The position numbers and the translations under genes were made by a program. A stretch of DNA of 64,000 nt from the NCBI GenBank assembly GCA_951406725.2, contig OX597814.1, positions 214,954,001 through 215,018,000 of the forward strand, written 5' to 3'. The stretch comes from Octopus vulgaris (taxonomy: Eukaryota). The notes under the pieces were generated by a model. It was not told the DNA's origin and did no database searches. It worked only from the letters and a program-made list of their open reading frames with translations. This document shows, piece by piece, positions 28,991 to 41,660 of this stretch; within the stretch, counting starts at the first letter, position 1, and every line of letters starts with the position of its first letter.

Positions 28991-29115
28991 ACCATTATGC
29001 TACTAATATTAGATATCGAAGTCATTCATCGTAGACGTACAATGAAAGACCGCATAATATATTATAATATATCGTCAATCAAAAGAAAAAGATGATATAA
29101 AAGTAAATAAGTGTA

Positions 29116-29269
29116 CGTGGCTGTGTGGTAAGTAGCTTGTTTACCAACCACATGGCTCCGGGTTCACTCCCACTGCGTGGCACCTTGGGCAAGTGTCTTC
29201 TACTATAGCCTCGGGCCGACCAAAGCCTTGTCAGTGGATTTGGTAGACGGGAACTGAAAGAAGCCCGTC

Positions 29270-29323
<54 letters not shown>

Positions 29324-29538
29324 TTGTGTGTGTCTGTGTTTGTCCCCCTAGTATTGCTTGACAACCGATGTTGGTGTGTTTATGTCCCTGTTACTTAGCG
29401 GTTCGGCAAAAGAGACCGATAGAATAAGTACTGGGTTTACAAAAGAATAAGTCCCGGGGTCGAGTTGTTCGATTAAAGGCGGTGCTCCAGCATGGCCGCA
29501 GTCAAAATGACTGAAACAAGTAAAAGAGTAAAAGAGTA
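29116..29538 (+). mobile_element. SINE family A, full length
   Basis: Complete head, core and tail. Confidence 0.93.
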
Positions 29539-29660
29539 CGTCTTTAATTGATATCAAAAACACCCCACGATACAATCATATAGTAACAACACACAAGCTC
29601 AGATCTAATCAGATGTCAAACAAATGCAAAAAACACGAAGCATTTAAGAGTGTTTATTAA

Positions 29661-29830
29661 GGCGGCGAGATGGCAGAGTCGTCAGCACACTGGACAAAAT
29701 GTTTAGTGGGATTTCGTCAGTCTTTAGTTCCGAGTTCAAATTCCGCCGAGGTCGACTTTGTCTTTCATTCTTCCGGGGTCGATAAAATAAGTACCAGTTG
29801 AGTACAGTGTAACCGACTAACGCCCACAAG
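29661..29830 (+). mobile_element. SINE family B, partial
   Basis: GGCGGCGAGATGGCAG...GGGGTCGATAAAATAAGTACCAG. Confidence 0.85.
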
Positions 29831-29939
29831 AATTTTAAAAAGTATATTTACTTGTATACAGGCATTGTCTTATATCTTTATATTTCATTGTGTATAATCA
29901 AATAATTTTTGATTTCCTTCCTTGGAGCATTTACGGTAT

Positions 29940-30001
<62 letters not shown>

Positions 30002-30008
<7 letters not shown>

Positions 30009-30114
30009 AAATGAGGGCAAAGGAAAAAAATTCTAATGCCAAATATGCCGAAAAAAATTCTAATGCCAAATAGTTGGCATTAGAATTTTTTTCCTTTGCC
30101 CTCATTTATGAATT
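30002..30114. repeat. Long inverted repeat with an internal direct duplication
   Basis: AATTTATAAATGAGGGCAAAGGAAAAAAATTCTAATGCCAA and its near-perfect reverse complement. Confidence 0.9.
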
Positions 30115-30217
30115 GTTTATAAACTTAACCGTTAAAGGTATTTTTTAATATGCTGGCCATTGATAAAATGTTTTTCGAGAAAATATGTTTTTTCGAAAAG
30201 AATTTTATCCTCACATT

Positions 30218-30266
<49 letters not shown>

Positions 30267-31306
30267 GAATGTTGATAATAAGACTGACACAACACTGTTG
30301 AAAAGTAAAAACGTAGTGTCTTATTTGGTATGCTGGTATGCTATTTTATAATCTTGCAGAGTTATGATCATATAAACCACCGAAAATACAATATCGTTAA
30401 TCTGGTTTATGATAATATTGTACTTGATGATAGTTTTCAATTCATTTGAGGGAAATGTTTAAAAATAAAATATATCAAAGTCATTCGGATAAAAGCAAAA
30501 GGAAAAATGAAAAGAACGGAGAATACCCTACATTTCAGATGGTATTCATCGAATGTAGAGAATGACTTAGGGAATATTCCAAGACAGCGTTAATTCAGCT
30601 TTTGTGATGTGTTAATAACAACCAAGTCTTTAAACAAATCATATGAGATAATGCATTAAGATTTATGATCTATTCTCTACGGTAACAAGATTAACACAGA
30701 ACGATTATAGTTACCAACAGAAAAAGCAGAACTAGATTATAAGTAATATTCGTTAATACAGTTACTTGCATATCTACTTATTTTTATATTTGGTTTCTTT
30801 TTCTAAGTAGATCTTTCACTAACTTTTCGCGATGCAATATTCCTTCTTGCAAAACAAAGCTTACCAATGAAGAGTAAACTTATTATGTACGTTGATGTCT
30901 GTATCAGCGTGTTATGCAGTTATGTTGCTGCTCAAGCTTAGTTCTACATGTGAGATCATTTATCAAAGGCGTTCCAGCCATGACAATCTCACTTATTTAT
31001 CAGGCACTGTATGTCCAAAAACGTTATGTAATGGCTCCTTACTTTCCCAATACAATAGGATGCGATATGTGTCAAATCGTAAAAAAAATTCTGCGTTTGC
31101 TCAGCATAGAAGTTCTTTATTTCCTCCCATCTCTGATTGAGCAGACACATGATTAAACACACACCATTCGGGGTCATCTTTTTGTATATATATATATATA
31201 TATATATATACAACGTTATGTGCTCTTTTTTTTAAACGGTAGGGTGTGGCTTAGGGGATTTGGGCTGATATTTGTGGTAGATTGAGCTACCGCATAGACT
31301 CTAGAC

Positions 31307-31525
31307 CAGTGCTTTTCAAACTTTTTGCTGGAGCGGAACCCCAAGGAAACGTTCCACTGGCTCGAGGAACCCCTGTGCCATAATTTAATAGTCTTATGCA
31401 CACATATCTGCACACGAGACTTAAAAATTACTGCCGATTTTAGCAGTTTTGTAACGTCTTGCGGAACCCCTGCACTGTACTGGCGGAACCCTAAGGTTCC
31501 GCGGAACCCTGGTTGAAAACAACTG
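31307..31525. mobile_element. hAT (Charlie-type) MITE
   Basis: TIRs CAGTGCTTTTCAAAC and GGTTGAAAACAACTG; 8-bp TSD CTCTAGAC at 31299-31306 and 31526-31533; subterminal GCGGAACCC repeats. Confidence 0.93.
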
Positions 31526-32389
31526 CTCTAGACTATAGGTTCTAGATTGTAGAGTCAACATATCGAGAGTCTAGGTACTCTGACAACGGATCAACCTTGC
31601 GATTTTCTCTTTCATTGGTGTGCATTATCTTTTATTTGTTCACATTTTCATATCATGGGAAGTGTCATATTTTCTCCCCTTTTTCTTGTAGACACGTTTT
31701 ATAGCAGTTATCGGTCAATGTTATAATGTTATCACTAGATTTTCTTTTCGGGTTTGCTCATTTCGTTCAGAGATTCTAACACACACACACACACACATGT
31801 GTGTGTGTGTGTGTGTGTGTGAGCGTGGGTGTGAGTGTGATTGCGGGTGTGAGTGTGGGTACGTGTGTCTTAACACTATTTACCTGATGCTAGAATGTCT
31901 AAGTTTTCACTGTAGATGTCCCTTGCCGTAAGTTTTGTTGCTTTTGCGCAGAGACCATAACAACTTGATGAACAGAAACTGTTCGTTGTACGAATGAGAA
32001 TGACTCAGCAATAAAAACAAGCTTGATACTAGCTTTCAGCCACTTATCGATCACGGATATATGGAAGGCTTAGTCAATATCGTCATGATTCTAAATTAAG
32101 ATTATTAACTATCGCGTGGATCAGTCTTGCTGACTATAATTCTGCAGCGATGCCTCAACTTGAATAGTGTACAATTACAATTTTCAGTTATAAACCTTCA
32201 TACTAATTCTTGAAATACCCAACATTCATAATAAGCATAGATCACTAGAGATATTTTACGAAGATAATACGTCCTTTTAATTACATGCTCGCAACTTACG
32301 TTTATGTTGCTTTTATATATATTCAAGGAGAGATACTTAAAATAGTGACAAAGAAAATATTCACCATGATACCTTGTGTACAGTCATCA

Positions 32390-32577
32390 TAATTTCTACG
32401 AGATAGAAGCGGTTGTCATCACAAAGATAAACCAAAAACTAAGGGCGCAAGGGAACACACATCAACCGGGACAAGTCAAAGAGCTTGCAACCCAACCCAA
32501 GGAAATGAAAATCCATACTGGCCTTAGCCGATTTCTGTCGCTGATCGAGGGCCCAGTTTGTGTGTCTTCATGTGGAT
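32390..32577. repeat. ~190-bp direct repeat, copy 1
   Basis: Colinear with 33816-34005. Confidence 0.9.
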
Positions 32578-33815
32578 GTGAGGGCTAACGAACATAATGG
32601 CTGGAGCTTCTAACCATAGAAATATTAATCAATTAAATTGTCATCTAAAATGTAAAGTAAAATTATTATGATTAATGAAAATTCTTGTCCAGGCAAGGGC
32701 ACAACCCAGAAACTAAAATGAATTAAAGATTAAATTAAGGCAAGCATTAATGAGTAAGTCTAATGTTTGGTAAATACAGTGCAACGCCGGACATAGTTTT
32801 GATTGTAGTTCCCAGACCTTAAAATATATAGGATTTTAGTTTTATATTTATATAGTTGTTGTAAAATTTTTATATGTTAAAACCTGTGTTGATGGAATTT
32901 CTCTCCATGCCAGTCCTGACGTAGCGGCTTGATGATCAAAGCATTTCGGTCATAGTCAGCTCGTAATTTTTTTCAGGTATGGTACCCTTTGCTCTACATA
33001 ATTCACTCCTCCTCCTCCTCCTTATTCTGTTACCAATTCTTGTATGCCTTTACGAAGATCCGTGGCCGTTAGTTAAACAGTTTGTAACAAGCTGAAAGGA
33101 AAAGGTGGATGCGTTGTTTTTTTCTTCTTTTCCATGTTTCTACTTCGTTCATGCTCCGATCAATCCTCCAGACATCTCTGTTGTGAAGAAAACAAAAACC
33201 TATCATTTACATTTTAAAAAAAAGTTGATTCCACGGAGGACAAAATATTTTTACCCGACGAGGAAGAGAAGAAAATGGGAGATGATAGGAGAATAAGAAC
33301 GCTTCGGCAAACACAGCTATACAAGAAAGCAGCATGTTTGTTGCACCATCCACTATCGTTGCCATAGGAACGAACAACATTGACGTCACAGTCAAATCTA
33401 TTACGCCACAGCTAATCCTACAATCTGCATCGCCATTTGTATCTACAACAGCAACAAGAACTACAAGAGCAAGAACAAGAACATAAACAAAATTACAGCT
33501 AGTGTTTTGGCTAAGAAAACTGTCATTTATTACTGTTGAAAAGTCAGCAGATTCAATATTCACTTGAGGACGAAGAAGAGGTCAAAAACTACAAAACTAC
33601 AAAGACGGTATTGTACATCTTGATGACATTACTTTCTTAGAAATGAAATCTTTGCGAGACAACGGAGAACTCTGCTGTATAAATTGTGTCAATAGCAAGG
33701 GCAGAAAGTTGCAATATTCCACTTCAGCTTAGGCGTAGACCTGCATGGAAAGCGTGTGGTCTGCAATGGAATCTGTAATAAGAGGAAGGCAACACAGGAC
33801 GCTAGCGACAATCTG

Positions 33816-34005
33816 TAATTTCTACAAGATAGAAGCGGTTGTCATCACAAAGATAAATAAAAAAACCCAAGGGCGCACGGAAGCACACATCAACCGGGAC
33901 AAGTCAAAGAGCTTGCAACTCAACCCGAGGAAAGTAAAATCCGTACTGGCCCGAGCCGATTTCTGTCGCTGATCGAGGGCCCAGTTTGTGTGTCTCCATG
34001 TGGAT
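33816..34005. repeat. ~190-bp direct repeat, copy 2
   Basis: TAATTTCTAC..AGATAGAAGCGGTTGTCATCACAAAGATAAA...CATGTGGAT. Confidence 0.9.
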
Positions 34006-35296
34006 AAAAACTGGAAAAAGATTGCTATCAAGGTAGTCGTTTTTATTCGGCTATTCGGAAATGAACAGAGAGAAAGTTATCCCTGAAATGTCGTGCCAGC
34101 TTACATTGTCTCGGCGGTGTACTACCGTCTAACCATCAGATATCGTTTTTTCAAGAAACGTCTGACAAGATTGGCGAGTATACATTTTCGCTTCTTATGG
34201 AAGTGATAAATTCTACTGGTTAAGAAATCATCTGATGTTAACGCCCCTCCACGGATGTCTCAGGATGACGTCGTAGATGATGCACAGGCGCGTACTAAGG
34301 CTAACAGACCTGCAGTGATATTCTGGGCATCTGCGATGGTGATGACAACTTTAAAAGCACAGATAACTAATTTGGGTACTCTTCTCCCGCAGCTTGTGTC
34401 TTTGACTGAGTTACGATCTTGCTTCAAGCTTAAACCGAGGCTGGATGTATGGCATCTCCAATATTTCCAGGTGTTCAATTCACAGCACTCTACATTCTAG
34501 ACAATGCATTTAGTGGTAAAACAAGTCTTGCAATCTTACAAGAATATGAGTGACTATAAACGGTAGACGGATCTGGACGTCAACGAGAAGAGTTCAAGCA
34601 ACTTTTTCAGATGAATTTCCAAGTCGGAGACTATGTGAAAATGGACGCATCTGTTATTTGGCAGGAAAGGGCGGTTAGACTTTCTCTTCTTACGGGCTAA
34701 GGCAAAAGAGTAGTGTTTTTGAATTTGTCTGAAAGATTTGAAGTCATGTATTTTCCTCTCTAAGTTCTCAACCATTTCTTTAAGTACAATTTGAAGAGGA
34801 AGGTGAGAGTAGAAAGGGAGGTACTACCTTCTAGTGTGTGAACGAAAGGTGAGTGAGTGAGGGTAGCAAGACTAGCGGGGCTGAAGGAGCATGTACTGAA
34901 TATGCTTTTTCAAGTAGACGAGAAGAAAGAGGAAGCGTTTTGTGGGGTTTTCCCCTGAATTATCCTAGAGACCTTCCTCGTTGTTGGGAAATTTCTCTCT
35001 TGAGATTACTGTCAAAGTTTCTGTATTTGTCTGTCGTCCTTTCCTGGTTTTTGAATAATAAAAGAAACCATCTTTATTGCCATCGTCATCATCGTTAATC
35101 GTCAATGGTGTCTCTAGTTCCTTACCAGGTGAATATTCGTGTTCCCGATGTGTGTGTGTGCTGTACATTTTGTTTCGTGGTGGAAATTTGCTTTGTTATT
35201 TCAAATGTTATTTAGTGTATCAACAACTGTGGGAGCATGCGCTGTGTGAATTTCTCTATTTTCTCAGGTGGTGTTTGTGTTTCGTATATGCTATGT

Positions 35297-35603
35297 GGGG
35301 GCGCAATGGCCCATTGGTTAGGGCAGCGGACTCGCGGTCGCAGGATCGCGGTTTCGATTCCCAGACCGGGCGTTGTGTGTGTTTATTGAGCGAAAACACC
35401 TAAAAGCTCCACGAGGCTCCGGCAAGGGGTGGTGATCCCTGCTGTACTCTTTCACCACTCTTTCTCCCACTCTTTCTTCTTCTGTTGGCCTGCTCGCTTA
35501 GCCAGCGGAGTGACGTCATTCGAAGGCTAAAACAATGCGAAGCGCATTGTGACCAGCGATGTGTAACAACATCTGATGGTCTGGTCGGTCACGTGATCAC
35601 GTG
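35297..35603 (+). mobile_element. SINE family C (tail type 2) with an 11-bp TSD
   Basis: TSD ATATGCTATGT at 35286-35296 and 35604-35614; tail ends GGTCACGTGATCACGTG. Confidence 0.93.
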
Positions 35604-36399
35604 ATATGCTATGTAATTAGTACTGTGTGTCAGACGGTCATTGAGTAGAGCACGTGCTGTTTAATTTGTTCTATATTAATGATTGTCAACTCTGTATGAT
35701 GAAAACTGAGTTTTATAGAATCAGATATAGATTATGTAAGCGTATGTGTTAGACGATGCATGGGGCGTATTGATCGAGTTGTGATATTGAACTGAGCACG
35801 TATCGCGCAGGATGTAGTTCATATCTAGCAGAGCGTTAAGTTTTGACCTTGTTACGTTGTGAGCTTTTATGTAGTTTGTATGTTTTGTTATTGTACTAAG
35901 TGCGATAAATATTATTGGCAATGTTTTAACTGTTATGTTTTACATATTGCTTATATCAGTGTGAAAACTCTTGTATTCAACATCAACTTCACTTCATTTC
36001 GTGCACGTTTGTTTTGATCAAAAAGGATCGAAATGTCGATAAAAGTACATTCACTTCCGTTCCAGTCATTGATTTTTATATCTGGATGGTTGCTTTGATC
36101 GCCTGGTCCGTTAGAGTTGGCCAGGTCATTGTCACGTACGATATCTGGTACATACTAATACCATTTGTCGGCATGTTGCTCAGTGAATATAATTATGGAC
36201 TCGGTCGGGTCTGTGAATATACTCGGACAAGGCAAAACTCAGCAACCGGAAATGTTGTGATCAATTGTCGAACTGTACTGATTGCACACCCTACACTTGA
36301 TTTTAGTATCTTCTTGAATTACTTATTTTGTTATTATTTCTAACTAGATACTAATTCTGTTTCTCCTTCTGGTGGTTTTTTTTTTTATATACTTGATTG

Positions 36400-36950
36400 A
36401 AATTTATATTGCTTTTATCCCTCGCAGCCATTTAGGTGTTGATTTTTACCTGCTTACTAATTGAATATCATTACTATATACGCTTGATGCTTTAGCCAGA
36501 AATTGGTGATCGTATCGTCCCAAGATATTTTCTCTTGCTAACAGTTCGTAATGTGTTAGTGAATTCATTTCTGATAACTGTTGCCCTTACTTGCATGGTT
36601 TTTTTATCCTCCAGATTTATTGTGCTTTTTTGTTTTATTGTAGATATGTTTGGTCCTTACATGCTAATCCCCAGTGGGGGGATTGAATTTCCTTTGATGT
36701 TTAGGTTTTCTCTAGTGCTAAGTCTTTTTCGTGAATGTTCCTGCAAAATCCTTTGGTATTTATTTAATCTTAATCCCTTGTTCTCCACTAAGAAGCGCTC
36801 ACGTTTTCCGAAGTGTCTTATCAAGCATTTGTTTTTTATTTCTTTAAGCTTTTCTTTTGATTTCAAAATATTTTCGTTTTATTACAATTTTTATAATCTA
36901 TTATTTGGTTTCTTTTTCTTTCGTTTCATATCATACTCCACCTCATTCTC
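36400..36950 (-). pseudogene. Decayed R4/Dong LINE fragment (region N-terminal to the RT)
   Basis: KISWDDTITNFWLKH resembles the K.PG.D.I.NFWLK motif. Confidence 0.55.
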
Positions 36951-37021
36951 AATTTTGTGAAGTTTATTTTCGTTTTAGAAAGTGCGAGCCCTCTAACTGA
37001 AAAATTGTGGATTTGTATAAA

Positions 37022-37065
<44 letters not shown>

Positions 37066-37185
37066 CATTTCCCTCCCTTTGTTATGTATCACACCTCAAT
37101 ACTGTACCAGACCAATTTATCCAATTTAGGACCGGATTTCTGGATTTTCCAGTTTCCCAGATAATTTATAAACGTTTGCTTAAAA

Positions 37186-37485
37186 TCTCTATATCTATAA
37201 ATGGCAAAATGTCTGTTTTTTGATTGGACGGAGATAATTTTACACCTGACATTTGGATGCGCGTGCGCAATTGCAGACGGTCTGTATAACTCTGCGCATT
37301 TTTGTGTTTTGCGAAGACGCGTTATCATGTGTTTTGGCTTTCAAACGGGCACGCTTTTTGATTTGTGAAATGCAGGGAATAATTAAGGAGTTAGACCAAG
37401 TGAATGACAAGAGAGCGGGATGTTCATGAAAGAACAAATATACTTGACTATCACTAGACCTGGCAACGCCGGGTCATAGTGCTAG
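37186..37485 (+). mobile_element. Non-autonomous Helitron
   Basis: 5' A|TCTCTATATCTATAAATGG; 3' hairpin GACCTGGC-AAC-GCCGGGTC (37457-37475), 6 nt before CTAG|T. Confidence 0.85.
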
Positions 37486-37566
37486 TATATTATATGATAA
37501 AACGAATGGTTTATACCTGATAGCTTACTGGTAAAGCATGTTCACTTTCAGTATTCAACGTGCGTT

Positions 37567-37970
37567 TGGTCAATGAGAGACGGCAGATGAAAGATACGAG
37601 AATCTTTATTAACCACTACAACCTATGAGAGGGCGTTTATACATCCATGTCCGTTGACGGTTATATTTAATACATTTTTCGCTGTATTACATGTTCATTT
37701 CTTTTTCTGCACCTGTTGCATTTTATTATTGATCTTCTATAAAATTGAAGCTATATCCTTTAATTTGCTGCTTTTCTTTACACGAACTGAGAAGATACCT
37801 TACGGAACTGTTATTTTATCGAGTTCTATCTATTTATCACGCAAAGAGACACATCTACATCGTCGGATGCTCTTGAACCAGTTGTGAGGGATCGATGCTA
37901 GATGGGTCGAAACAATTGTAGTGATTAATAAAAATTCTCGTATCTTCCATCTTCCGTCTCTCGTTAACCA
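37567..37970 (+). mobile_element. Element with ~55-bp inverted ends and a degenerate hammerhead 3' half (Penelope-like)
   Basis: 37567-37621 is the reverse complement of 37916-37970; GAAAC-AATT-GTA at 37909-37920; followed by (TA)n. Confidence 0.65.
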
Positions 37971-38195
37971 TATATATATATATATATATATATATGTTTA
38001 AGTAGTTGAATGAATTATCCTAGTATGGATAATTCGGTTAACCGATACCCGGGTAGCAAATTTACGTCAGAAAGCACGGTTGAAGCTACATGCCAAGGGC
38101 AGAAATCACGTGCTTTCGTGTGGAAATTTGTGTGTTTTTTTACTATAGATAAATGAAAGAATGGAGTCGAACGGCGATTTAACAAAATTCCTTTA

Positions 38196-38278
38196 TTCTC
38201 GGCATATGTTTCGAAGACTGCATATTCATAATTCCGAAGGAATAAAGGGTGCATTATGCCGTCTTCTCATCAGGAAAG
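38196..38278 (-). ncRNA. Type-I hammerhead motif with an extended helix II; cleavage triplet GCC instead of GUH
   Basis: Reverse complement CTTTC-CTGATGA-GAAGACGGCATA...TATGCAGTCTTC-GAAAC-ATAT-GCC-GAGAA. Confidence 0.75.
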
Positions 38279-38394
38279 ACAAGGAACTTATGTCAGCATC
38301 ATGACGAACAAAAACTTTTAGACGACTGCCCACACGAAGTCCATAGTGATATATATATATAGAACACCCACGAAATAGAACACCCACGAAAAAC

Positions 38395-38453
<59 letters not shown>

Positions 38454-38489
38454 TTTCGTGGGTGTTCTATTTTCTTTTGTAGTTTGCAT

Positions 38490-39090
38490 AGGCGTTTAAA
38501 TTGATCCGTTCTGTATTATTCTTCCATTTTTCATAATAGTTTTTGATATGACTACCTCAATATGAATTGCGTTTGATCTGTCGCGATGTGAATCTTTGTA
38601 CGGTTTGATTTTAAGCGTGGGCGTGAAGACTATAACGTTTTGGTGTTTGTGTATTTGTTTGTATGTTTCCATGGAAGTTTCGAGGACCTGCGTTATAATT
38701 TTTTTTATTTTAGTTCTTTTTGTATGTCTCTTTGTGACTCGCAGCAATACCTTATATACTTGTTTTTGTTTGCTAGCTTCTGTTATGTTTTCATTGTGTT
38801 TAAAAGGTTCATTTATTGTCTATTGTGGACTCTTATATGTTTTGTTTACGATAGATTCCGCAGTGAAGCTTTCATTGTTTTCGGTAGGTAATCTTTTATG
38901 TGTAGTCAGTTACTTTTTTTATTTTCACAGTGCATTTTTTTCTATGAATTGTTTTATTTCAAGTTTTGGCCTCATATTATTGCTTATTATAAATCTATGT
39001 ACATTCGCTAATGTGTTTGCATTGATACCTCTTCTGTCTTTTCACCACATCTCACACGTCTCTTTTGAAGTAACAGATTTGTTAGAGTGA
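38490..39090 (-). pseudogene. Decayed R4/Dong RLE region
   Basis: KIKPYKDSHRDRSNAIHIEVVIS resembles IK.N.PDI..D...IEV.IP. Confidence 0.4.
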
Positions 39091-39099
39091 CACACAAAT

Positions 39100-39670
39100 G
39101 CCTTATTGCATTTATTTATTCCGTTTTATGTTCTGTATTCAAACACCACCGAGGTCGATTCATCTTTCATCCTTCTATGATCGTTAAAATAAAGTAACGC
39201 TCAAGAAATGGAATCTATCTAATCGACTGTATCCTATGCACAAATTTATGACCTTGAGTTTCAATCTGTAATAGTTTTTTCTGTTATAGGTGTAAGGTCT
39301 GAAATTTTGGGAGCGGTAGCTAGTCTATTAACTCAGCCCCAATGCTCAACTGATACTTATTCTATCAATCTCGAAGAATGAAAGGCAAAGTCGACCTCGG
39401 AGCAATTTAAGCTCAGAACGTAAAGACTGGCGAAATACCTATTTCTTTACTACCCACAAGGGGCTAAATGCTGAAGGGACAAACAAGGACAGACAAATGG
39501 ATTAAGTCGATTATATCGACCCCACTGCGTAACTGGTACTTATTTAATCGACCCCGAAAGGATGAAAGGCAAAGTTCACCTCAGCGGAATTTGAACTCAG
39601 AACGTAGCAGCAGACGAAATACCGCTAATCATTTCACCTGACGTGCTAACGATCCTGCCAGCTCGCCGCC
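39100..39670. mobile_element. Old SINE B (+, 39100-39270) and dimeric SINE B (-, 39280-39670)
   Basis: Same dimer junction GAAATACCTATTTCTTTACTACCC at ~39432. Confidence 0.85.
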
Positions 39671-41586
39671 TTAACTTTTTTGCGTGTTATAATTATTATT
39701 ATTAAGGCAACAAAATGGTGGAATCAGTGATGTACTGGGCTAACTGTTATGTTATTTTGTGTTTCGAATTCAAATCGTGCGTGAAATGACTACACATTTT
39801 ATCCGTATCAAATCACTTCAATCGGTTATATTCCTTACATCCAATTATTTAACTTCATGCAGAAGCTAGCAATCAGAATACTTTTGTTGGAACTGTTTTA
39901 TTTTTCGTTGTCTATCGGTGATTTTGTGGTGATTTGTGGATAGATGTTCGTGTACACCAACACTGAAGAATGGCTCTATGATTGAATTTAGTTGCATCAA
40001 ACATGTATTAAGTAGATCTATTTATATTTGTCTATAGTACAACTTAGTATTAGGTGGACAATGAGAGATTTTCAAGTCGTTATTTAACCGTGATCCATAA
40101 AAACTATGCACTACTGATATAAGTAAGATTTTGGTATAGTGGCAGGATGTCATTCCTGACATACTTTCCTTTCGAGTTCTAGCAATTACGTCTTTCATTA
40201 TTGCTTTGTGCAATCTTGCTGCTTGAAGTTATACGAATATCTACAAGTTGGCAGATTTCGTGTGTCGTGTCCTAGTTTAACTTTTTTTTTGTAATTGAGG
40301 GAAGTAGATTCACTGATTTGGTTGATTCTGCACTTGCATAATGTTTTGACATACTGTTTAGTCTTGGACAATCTGTTGATAAAGTGACTTGCTCTTGTGT
40401 TCCTACTCTCAGTTTTATCTGAACTCTAAGCCCATACTCCCTGTCCACGGACTTTAATAGCTTCTCACATGTATCTTGCTATTCGGATGAAATGCGTGGA
40501 CTTTTTTTTATTGGCAGAAGATTTATTGCTTTCTTCACTTTGATATTATCTTTTAATTGATCTAGTTGAAGAGAAGCAGAAAATGTTTGAAGATTTTTCT
40601 CAACGAGTGAGAAGGTAGGACATTTAAGAACTTATTGAAACTTTAAAATGTATTTATGTAGTCACAAACCGTCTTCACTCTTAATAATTACAGTTAGTTG
40701 GTGTTTGGTTTTAGCTGTTTTGTGTAGATGATGTTTCTTTTCTCTAAGTCTTCAGACATTTTCATGTTCTGCTATTTATCTCAACAGTTTTAATCTTGCT
40801 CCTCGTCAAGGCTACGGCTTCGGAAACTGTTAATTACTTACATTCGCCGAGCATTTTGGGAAATATTTTTCAACCTAACATTTTTATAATCTCATTTTAG
40901 TTTTGTTTCCTTTATATTTGTTGAATAATTATTTCTTCCCCACAACCAAATGTTTATAGATATATTTTTTTCACTTGGCTAAGTGTAGAGACATTACAAA
41001 TGTGTGTATTGTGCCACTCCTGTGGCGTGTCTCTGCATCGGTTTTCATACATTTCCCCAGGCCGTCTTTCAGGTTTATATTCTGGTTGAATTGTAGTATG
41101 CAAAGATTTGTATGTTCTTGTTTGAGCCTATCATATCATTTCAAGTAGATGACTATTGTGACAGGCACCATTGTTGTTGATATTATATCCTGTTCTAAGT
41201 ATGCAACAAGAAAAGAGAGAGGGTGAGAATGAGTCACGTTGGAATATGGTTGTAGATAGATTTCTGATCAGGATGTGTCAATGTGTATGTACTTATTTAT
41301 GTATATATGCATACATGTGTGTGTGTGTATGTCTTTATGTATACATATATAAGTGTGTATGTAGTATACTAATGGCACTGTTATTATTTTCTATTGAATT
41401 TTCTTAAATTAAAGTCAGTATTAACACAATAGTTGCATGTATTTATTTTTTTCTGGTGTCTGTTTCACCGTTCCGTGTAATTAAATTTCTTAGATGAAGC
41501 TGTCAGCGCGCTTCAACAAGCGTAGTGTTAAGCTATATTTCACTTTGGGCTAGGAAAGAAAATATCGATTTCTAGCGAAGGCACAA

Positions 41587-41660
<74 letters not shown>

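Noticed and set aside
31779-31820. (CA)n(TG)n perfect palindrome
   Set aside because: Common juxtaposition of microsatellites; no further signal
32390-34005. LTR retrotransposon interpretation of the direct repeats
   Set aside because: No TG..CA termini, PBS, PPT or gag/pol remnants seen
38596-39090. Hydrophobic 164-aa ORF resembling a membrane protein (also 36535-36960 and 12399-12857)
   Set aside because: Antisense of A-rich LINE coding remnants, which yields F/L/I-rich peptides
39960-41160. Possible decayed LINE coding remnants (also 21050-21430, 26700-27400, 34005-35000 and 43400-44400)
   Set aside because: Composition is suggestive, but the motifs are too eroded to classify without a search
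41490-41530. AGATGAAGC..GCTTCAACAAGCGTAG, a possible eroded hammerhead (similar weak cases at ~40800 and ~30160)
   Set aside because: Too many core mismatches to support by eye
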